DNA of 64,000 nucleotides from an uncultured Bacilli bacterium (GTDB lineage Bacteria; Bacillota_I; Bacilli_A; RF39; UBA660): NCBI GenBank assembly GCA_934122275.1, contig CAKOWI010000007.1, positions 2,466 to 66,465 of the forward strand, read 5' to 3'. Shown piece by piece: positions 57,938 to 64,000 of this stretch (position 1 is its first letter; each line of letters starts with the position of its first letter). The notes under the pieces were generated by a model. It saw only the letters and a program-made list of their open reading frames with translations, ran no database searches and was not told where the DNA came from. The position numbers and the translations under genes were made by a program.

Positions 57938-59053
57938 TTACTTTTTAATTACATTAATTATACCACCAATAAGAGCAAATCCTATAACTGATAATACTAT
58001 TAATACAAATGGATTTTTTTCATCTTTATATTTAGTAGTATCAGCAGTTTTTACTATGTCCTTCTCTTTTATTATATTAAGTGTATATTCTCTTTTAGTT
58101 CCATCTTCTGCTGTAACTAAAATCTTTACGACAGAACCATTTTTTAGTTTTTCATTTCCACTTATTTCAACCGTTGTTGTATCAGATTCAACTGAATAGT
58201 TAATGGTTAACTTATTTACATTATTTTTAATATTTATATCATAAACAAATGAATCTGGGTCAAATTCAAATGTTTTATCTTCTTTTATTTCAAGACCAGA
58301 TAAATTTGCATTTGAATCTTGTGATTCTCTCTTAACGTTAATGTTATATGTTTTTTTTGTTCCATCTTCTGCTGTAATGATTATAACAATCTTGTTATTT
58401 TCGCCTGCAACAAGTTCTGTATTATTACCAGTTATTACAACGTTAGCTTTAGAATCCTCAAGTGTTGTATCTATTGATACTTTTGAAACAGTTGATGCTA
58501 CAGCAGCCGAATAATCATAAACTTCTTTATTAAAAGTTGGAGTATAACCAATACTAGTCCCTTTATCATCTGATATTTTCATAGAACTTAAAAATGCATT
58601 ATTAGATTTTTTTGGTGCAGTTGATGAAGTTGTAGTAGTAGTTGTTGTTGTGGTTGTAGTTTTATTAGCCTGAATAGTAATAGATAATTCTGACTTATCA
58701 CTTTCCCCTTCACTTACTATACTAATTACTGATGCAACATCACCAGTAAGATCCTGACTTTTAGCCTTTAAATTTATCTCACAAGAAGATGAACCTTTAG
58801 CTTTTTCGGTAAGAATAGTCTTTCCACTGCCACATGAACTTCCTTCAGAAGAAAAATATTTATCATCATAAGATAGCTTATACTTGCTATCTGAACTAGT
58901 TAAATTTGATATCGTCAAAGTAATTTTATCTCCTGGCTTAATCTTTGTACTTGACGCTTTAATGCTAGATGCACTAACTAATTCCACACCAATACACATA
59001 GTTATTACCATACATATTAAAATATTTGTTATCTTTATTATATGTTTTCTCAT
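57938..59053 (-). CDS. Surface protein with two cadherin-like beta-sandwich domains, a poly-Thr linker and a C-terminal TM anchor
   Basis: Signal peptide, T10 linker, two L(S/G)(S/L)..I...........P.F....Y.Y...V modules, and a C-terminal hydrophobic helix followed by KK. Confidence 0.65.
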   Translation of the reverse strand: MRKHIIKITNILICMVITMCIGVELVSASSIKASSTKIKPGDKITLTISNLTSSDSKYKLSYDDKYFSSEGSSCGSGKTILTEKAKGSSSCEINLKAKSQDLTGDVASVISIVSEGESDKSELSITIQANKTTTTTTTTTTTSSTAPKKSNNAFLSSMKISDDKGTSIGYTPTFNKEVYDYSAAVASTVSKVSIDTTLEDSKANVVITGNNTELVAGENNKIVIIITAEDGTKKTYNINVKRESQDSNANLSGLEIKEDKTFEFDPDSFVYDINIKNNVNKLTINYSVESDTTTVEISGNEKLKNGSVVKILVTAEDGTKREYTLNIIKEKDIVKTADTTKYKDEKNPFVLIVLSVIGFALIGGIINVIKK

Positions 59054-59123
59054 AAAACACCTCTTCTATTCTGTAATCATTTTAATATAAATATTTATAT
59101 AAGTCAATTTGTTACACAATATT

Positions 59124-59789
59124 TTACATATCATCTACAATTTTTCTTATATCATTTTGTATATCTTCAATGTCTTTTAGCTTGCCATCCGTATCACATT
59201 TTACGATATCAAATTTTAAATATTTAGATACAAAGCTAGAATTATCATATATTCTTTTCATTAACTTATTATCTCTTTCATAAACATCGTTTTTAACACC
59301 ATCATTATCCAATCTTTTACTTCTCATATTAGTAACTACATCAAAATCTGCTGTTAAAAATATTACTTTATCTGGTCTTTTTATACCTAGTTTGTTATAT
59401 TCATAATCCTCTACAAAATCAATAAATTTCTTTTTTTCTTCTTCACTACTAAGTAAACATGATTGATATATTAAACTTGATGTAGTATATCTATCAAGTA
59501 GTATTATAGAGCCTTTTTCATATTCACTCTTTAATTCATTATTCCATGTAATAGCTCTATCTATTGCATAAATAGAATTTATCAGATAAGCAGATAAATC
59601 TTCTGGTTTTCCTAAATCTCCGTTTAGGTATTGTTCTACTAATAATCCTTGTTTTGACTTATATGTAGGAAAATGATGACTAAATATATTATACCCTTTT
59701 TCTAACAAATACTCTTTTAATAGATTATATTGCGTTGTTTTACCAATTCCGTCACATGCACCTTCTATTACTATTAATTTTCCTTTCAT
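59124..59789 (-). CDS. tmk: Thymidylate (dTMP) kinase family protein
   Basis: LIVIEGACDGIGKTTQ, DRYTTSSLIYQ. ATG 59789 lies 8 nt after AGGAGG. Confidence 0.75.
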   Translation of the reverse strand: MKGKLIVIEGACDGIGKTTQYNLLKEYLLEKGYNIFSHHFPTYKSKQGLLVEQYLNGDLGKPEDLSAYLINSIYAIDRAITWNNELKSEYEKGSIILLDRYTTSSLIYQSCLLSSEEEKKKFIDFVEDYEYNKLGIKRPDKVIFLTADFDVVTNMRSKRLDNDGVKNDVYERDNKLMKRIYDNSSFVSKYLKFDIVKCDTDGKLKDIEDIQNDIRKIVDDM

Positions 59790-59864
59790 ATACATATCCT
59801 CCTATCATAATTAGTTTAACAAAATAAAAGACTAATATCAATTAAAATATTAGTCTTAATTTCA

Positions 59865-62800
59865 TTAAATTCTTTCTACATCAATTTTAACAATTAAACC
59901 ATTAAGATCAAATTCTTCAGTTAAATTATCTTTCTTAATCAATTCTGTACTTAATGTTTCTTTCTTAATCATATCCTCAAATGAAGATACAACATCATTA
60001 AACTTCTCATTTGAACTATAATATAATTTAATTCTATCAGCTACATCAAAATCTTTTTGTTTTCTTAAATTTTGTACTTTAGAAATTAACTCCCTTGCAA
60101 TACCTTCATTAATTAATTCATCTGTCAACTTAGTGTTTAATATAATGAAGTTATTACCTTCTTTTGCTACATCATAACCTTCTTTAGCAGATACTCTAAC
60201 GTCTATCATATCTTCTGTTATATCATATAATTCATCATCTATATTAATTGTAAATGGTTCTCCGTTTTGTATGAATTTTATGTCTGTTTCAGTTAATTTA
60301 GTAAGTTCTTCACTATATTTCTTTATTTTAGGGCCGAATATTTTACCAACAACTTTAAAATTAGGCTTAACTTCAAAATTCATATACTTAGATAAATCAG
60401 TAATATAAGTAATATTTTTAACGTTTAACTCTTCTTTAATAAGACTATCTAAATCACCAATTAATTCTTTATTTTTTCCATCAATTAATACCTCACTTAT
60501 TGGTTGTCTTACCTTAATTTTAACTTCTTCACGAGCATTTCTACCAAGTGATATTAAATCACGAACTAAATCCATTTTATTTTCTATTCTATCATCTACT
60601 AAAGATAAATCAACTTTTGGAAAATCAGCTAAATGAACAGATTCTAATCCAGTTAAATCAATATATACCTCTTCAGCTGTATAAGAAGCTATAGGAGCGA
60701 TAAGTTCACATAATCCTTTTAATACTTCATAAGTAGTTTTATAAACAGCCTTTTTAGATAAATCTAAATCATGTGCCCAGAATCTTCTTCTATTTCTTCT
60801 AATATACCAGTTAGATAAATCTTCAGATACAAAGTAAGTAATATCTTTTACTACTTTATTTAAATCATATTCATCATAAGCCTTAGTTACTGAATCTACT
60901 AGTTTATTGTATTTAGAAAGTAACCATTTATCTATTTCTTCTCTATCATTATATGAAACTTCAAAGTTTCTTGGATCTACGTTATCAGTGTTTGCATATA
61001 GTGCAAAAAATGAATACGTATTTTTAAATGTACTAAAGAATTTAGAATATATTTCTTTTATGCCTTCCTCGTCAAACTTTATTGGAGTCCAAGTTGGAGA
61101 TACAGATGGTATATACCATCTAATTGGATCTGCACCGTATTTCTTCATTATAGAAAATGGTTCTACAGCATTTCCCTTACTCTTATGCATTTTTTGTCCA
61201 TTTTTATCTAATAATAAGTCATTTACTAAAACATTTTTATATGGACTTTTACCAGTTACAAATACAGATATTACAAGTAGTGAATAAAACCAACCACGAG
61301 TTTGATCAATACCTTCTGCTATAAAGTCAGCTGGAAATTGATTTTCCCATAATTCTTCGTTTTCAAATGGATAATGATATTGTGCAAATGGCATAGATCC
61401 TGAATCGAACCAGCAATCAATAACTTCTGGAGTCCTACTCATTATCTTACCACAAGAAGGACACTTAATGTGTACATCATCTACGTATGGTCTATGAAGT
61501 TCTATGTTAGTATCTATATTCTCTACCGCTTTTTCTTTTAATTCACTTCTAGAGCCAATCATTTCCATATGACCACAATCACATCTCCATAAAGGAAGAG
61601 GAGTACCCCAGTATCTATTCCTTGATATAGCCCAGTCATTCATATTTTCTAACCAGTTACCAAATCTTTTTTCGCCAACGTAAGTGGGATACCAATTAAC
61701 CTTATTATTTTCTTCAATTATTTTATCCTTAATCTTTGTAACTTCTAAGTAATATGATGGCCTTGAGTAATATACTAAAGGACTGTCACATCTCCAGCAA
61801 TGAGGATATTCATGTTTCATTTTTTGTTTTTTAAATAATTTATCATTTTCCTTTAACCATTTAATAACTTCTATATCAGCATCAAATATACTCATACCCT
61901 TCCATAAACCATCACTATATGTTGCATCTTCTTTAACAGGATTAACATAAGCTAATTTATATCTTTTACCAACGTTTGCATCATCTTCACCAAACGCTGG
62001 TGCAATATGTACAACACCAGTACCATCTGTCATAGTAACATAATTATCACATGTTACAAAAAATGCATTTCCATCTATTTTTAATGATGGAATTAATTGT
62101 TCATATTTAACGTACTCTAAATCTTTTCCTAAAAAGGTATCTATTACTTTATAGTCATCACCTAAAACATTACTAGCTAATGCTTCCGCTAAAATAAATT
62201 TATATCCCTTAGATTCTACTTTTATGTATTTTTCATCAGGATTTACACATAAAGCAACGTTAGCTATCAAAGTCCAAGGTGTAGTTGTCCAAACTAGAAA
62301 GTAGCAGTCTTCATCTAACATTTTAAATGGAACTATTACCGTATTTGCATCTACTTCTTTATATCCTTGAGCTACCTCGTGAGAAGCAAGACCAGTACCA
62401 CATCTAGGACACCAAGGCATAATTTTTACACCCTCATAAAATAATCCTTCATCAAAGAATTTCTTTAAAATCCACCATTCTGTCTCTATATAATCATTTT
62501 TGTATGTTATATATGAATTTTTAGTATCAATAAATTGACCCATTTCGTTGGTTAATCTAGTAAATGATTCTTCATTTTTCCATACAGCTTCACGGCATTT
62601 CTTATTAAAGGCCTCAATACCATATTTTTCTATATCTCCTTTACCAGAAAAACCTAACTCTTTTTCAACTTGTACTTCAACAGGAAGTCCATGAGTATCC
62701 CATCCTATTTTTCTAAGTACTCTTTTCCCCTTCATAGTTTGATATTTACAAAAAGCATCTTTTAAGAACTTTGCAACCATATGATGTATTCCTGGATTAC

Positions 62801-62960
62801 CATTTGCTGTTGCTGGTCCATCATAGAATACAAAGTTTTCACAATCTTTTCTATTTTCTATAGTCTTATTTAAAATGTCCTCATCTTGCCATTTCTTTAA
62901 TATTTCTTGTTCTCTATCAAATACACTTTTCTTTGATAGTTCTTTAAATAATTTGCTCAT
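59865..62960 (-). CDS. ileS: Isoleucine--tRNA ligase (long, type 2-like form)
   Basis: HIGH-type motif NGNPGIHH, KMHKSKGN (KMSKS), and a CP1 editing domain. 1031 aa, with an Ile T-box upstream. Confidence 0.95.
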   Translation of the reverse strand: MSKLFKELSKKSVFDREQEILKKWQDEDILNKTIENRKDCENFVFYDGPATANGNPGIHHMVAKFLKDAFCKYQTMKGKRVLRKIGWDTHGLPVEVQVEKELGFSGKGDIEKYGIEAFNKKCREAVWKNEESFTRLTNEMGQFIDTKNSYITYKNDYIETEWWILKKFFDEGLFYEGVKIMPWCPRCGTGLASHEVAQGYKEVDANTVIVPFKMLDEDCYFLVWTTTPWTLIANVALCVNPDEKYIKVESKGYKFILAEALASNVLGDDYKVIDTFLGKDLEYVKYEQLIPSLKIDGNAFFVTCDNYVTMTDGTGVVHIAPAFGEDDANVGKRYKLAYVNPVKEDATYSDGLWKGMSIFDADIEVIKWLKENDKLFKKQKMKHEYPHCWRCDSPLVYYSRPSYYLEVTKIKDKIIEENNKVNWYPTYVGEKRFGNWLENMNDWAISRNRYWGTPLPLWRCDCGHMEMIGSRSELKEKAVENIDTNIELHRPYVDDVHIKCPSCGKIMSRTPEVIDCWFDSGSMPFAQYHYPFENEELWENQFPADFIAEGIDQTRGWFYSLLVISVFVTGKSPYKNVLVNDLLLDKNGQKMHKSKGNAVEPFSIMKKYGADPIRWYIPSVSPTWTPIKFDEEGIKEIYSKFFSTFKNTYSFFALYANTDNVDPRNFEVSYNDREEIDKWLLSKYNKLVDSVTKAYDEYDLNKVVKDITYFVSEDLSNWYIRRNRRRFWAHDLDLSKKAVYKTTYEVLKGLCELIAPIASYTAEEVYIDLTGLESVHLADFPKVDLSLVDDRIENKMDLVRDLISLGRNAREEVKIKVRQPISEVLIDGKNKELIGDLDSLIKEELNVKNITYITDLSKYMNFEVKPNFKVVGKIFGPKIKKYSEELTKLTETDIKFIQNGEPFTINIDDELYDITEDMIDVRVSAKEGYDVAKEGNNFIILNTKLTDELINEGIARELISKVQNLRKQKDFDVADRIKLYYSSNEKFNDVVSSFEDMIKKETLSTELIKKDNLTEEFDLNGLIVKIDVERI

Positions 62961-62971
62961 ATATTCCTCCT

Positions 62972-63208
62972 TATATTAAAAAAACTCATCCTATCTAAAG
63001 GATGAGTAATATACCCACGGTACCACCTTAATTCATATCTTATGATATACACTTAAGTAGTTTTAACGCTTACAAGCGACATATCTTACTTTTATTTCAG
63101 ATACATACATCAGAAGTGATCTTTATAATGTTTCCTTAATCTACATCTCACCAATTAGTAGAATCTCTTGCAATTTCACATTATAACGTCTTCGTCTTTT
63201 GCTTTATG
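62972..63208 (-). promoter_or_regulatory. T-box riboswitch leader, Ile specifier (AUC)
   Basis: Minus strand: AGAGA and GGTGAGA stem I elements; AAAG-ATC-A in specifier context (ATC at 63120-63118); T-box AAGGTGGTACCGTGGG (63014-63030); terminator CTCATCC-loop-GGATGAG followed by T7 (62978-63007). Confidence 0.85.
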
Positions 63209-63214
63209 ACATAT

Positions 63215-63242
63215 ATTTTATCACAATTTATAAATTAATCAA
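63215..63242 (-). promoter_or_regulatory. Promoter of the ileS T-box leader
   Basis: TTGATT, 16 nt spacer, TAAAAT with TG at -15. Confidence 0.5.
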
Positions 63243-63245
63243 GTA

Positions 63246-63644
63246 CTAAAAGTCCTCTGATATGTTTTTTCTTCCTCTTTTAGGTTCTTCTACTTCATCA
63301 GTCATTTTACCTTGTACATTTATGTTTTTAGGAGTACACAAAAAGATTCCATCCCCTAACTTTTGCATACCACCACCAATAGCATATAACGTACCACTAA
63401 CAAAATCTATAACCCTTTTTCCTTGTTCTGGAGTAACTCTTTTTAAATTAACAACAACAGTATTTCTTTTCTTTAAGTAATCTGCTATTTGTTGTGATTC
63501 TGAAAATGCTCTAGGTTCTAAAAGAATCATTTTACTACCTTCTTGAGTTTCCTCCTTTGTAGCTTCTTCAACACTTAAAGTATAATATTCATCCTCACTA
63601 GAAATATCACTACTACCAAACAATTTCTTTATATTAAAAGCCAT
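63246..63644 (-). CDS. sepF: Cell division protein SepF
   Basis: DUF552 core PRAFSESQQIADYLKKRNTVVVNLKRV..GKRVIDFVSGT.YA..G. Confidence 0.85.
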   Translation of the reverse strand: MAFNIKKLFGSSDISSEDEYYTLSVEEATKEETQEGSKMILLEPRAFSESQQIADYLKKRNTVVVNLKRVTPEQGKRVIDFVSGTLYAIGGGMQKLGDGIFLCTPKNINVQGKMTDEVEEPKRGRKNISEDF

Positions 63645-63756
63645 TTATATCCCTCCAGTTAGTTTCATATATTACTATAAGATTATTCTATCACAATAAT
63701 TAAAAAAATTAAATACTAAAAAAGAAAAAAGATGAATTTTCCTGTAGTAATTAATA

Positions 63757-63981
63757 CTACTTTCTATTCATCCTTAATTCAATTACATTGCTATTAAATT
63801 TAGGAGTTGCCGTTACTACTTCGTCATCGCTAAATAAAACACTTGTGTGTGCTTCTTCTATAGCTGCTACTGCATCTTCATAAAATTCTTTTAATTGTTC
63901 ATATGAAATACGCTTGTTAGTAACAGATATAAAATCTTTATTTGTAGTTTTAATTTTTCTACGAATATGCTTACGCTCCAT
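63757..63981 (-). CDS. Hypothetical small protein (74 aa)
   Basis: ORF upstream of sepF. No motif recognised. Confidence 0.35.
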   Translation of the reverse strand: MERKHIRRKIKTTNKDFISVTNKRISYEQLKEFYEDAVAAIEEAHTSVLFSDDEVVTATPKFNSNVIELRMNRK

Positions 63982-64000
63982 TATTTTTTTCTTTTTGAAA

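Noticed and set aside
1080-63480. Track ORFs antisense to, or nested in, well-supported genes: 1080..1295, 3291..3503, 4411..4605, 5004..5339, 7477..7809, 9222..9440, 11330..11521, 12763..13005, 13535..13810, 14542..14916, 16301..16582, 18770..18985, 20664..20885, 21021..21236, 21860..22057, 22187..22381, 27815..28012, 30805..31197, 33857..34105, 34638..34879, 35318..35599, 36467..36649, 40234..40476, 44599..44799, 52362..52544, 53022..53330, 55103..55291, 56219..56431, 58884..59227, 60907..61287, 63262..63480.
   Set aside because: These are shadow ORFs, typical of AT-rich DNA. Their products are low-complexity and Leu/Phe/Ser/Ile-rich. They lack RBSs, and each lies opposite a gene with clear family motifs.
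1-64000. Search for tRNA/rRNA genes, IS elements, toxin-antitoxin pairs and known defence systems.
   Set aside because: No GGTTCGAATCC-type T-arm motifs, rRNA-like segments, transposase or integrase ORFs, or recognisable defence gene signatures were seen by eye. A computational scan (tRNAscan-SE, Infernal, DefenseFinder/PADLOC) is still advisable.

Overview
This window is a very AT-rich chromosomal segment from an endospore-forming Bacillota (Firmicutes) genome using the standard code (TGA is a stop). It holds about 75 protein genes, nearly all on the minus strand. I saw no tRNA, rRNA, CRISPR array, transposase, integrase or phage structural genes.

The backbone is housekeeping plus sporulation genes: gpr, rpsT, miaA, mutL, maf, uvrC, murE, trxA, rnhC, rluD, lspA, ylmC/ymxH, sigG, a two-component pair, gmk, obg, trmB, rpmA-prp-rplU (with an L21-type leader), spoIVFB with a spoIVFA-like gene, mreD/mreC, radC, yqeH/yqeG, prsW, uninterrupted pro-sigK, tmk, ileS (behind an Ile T-box) and sepF.

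The unexplained or accessory content, most interesting first:
1. A cytoplasmic mTERF-like solenoid protein has nine near-identical 29-aa repeats whose differences sit at a few fixed positions. This resembles a TALE/PPR-style recognition code.
2. Three tandem WG-repeat paralogues, each with its own promoter and terminator, are wedged between rpmA and trmB-obg. They share a 551-bp perfect duplication. A fourth, membrane-anchored WG-repeat gene lies in an operon with a 54-aa membrane protein and a sortase.
3. A 773-aa protein combines an HExxH motif, a PcfJ-like core and a 20-aa leucine-rich-repeat (LRR) array, and is translationally coupled to a 52-aa ORF.
4. A GH25 muramidase is followed by two paralogous proteins with a Cys...His motif.
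5. Two orphan pilin-type genes are present, one type IV and one Flp-type. The type IV gene overlaps trxA.
6. A GNAT gene sits behind a leader that contains an intrinsic terminator.

All functional calls come from motif recognition by eye. No database search was possible, and all counts were made by hand.
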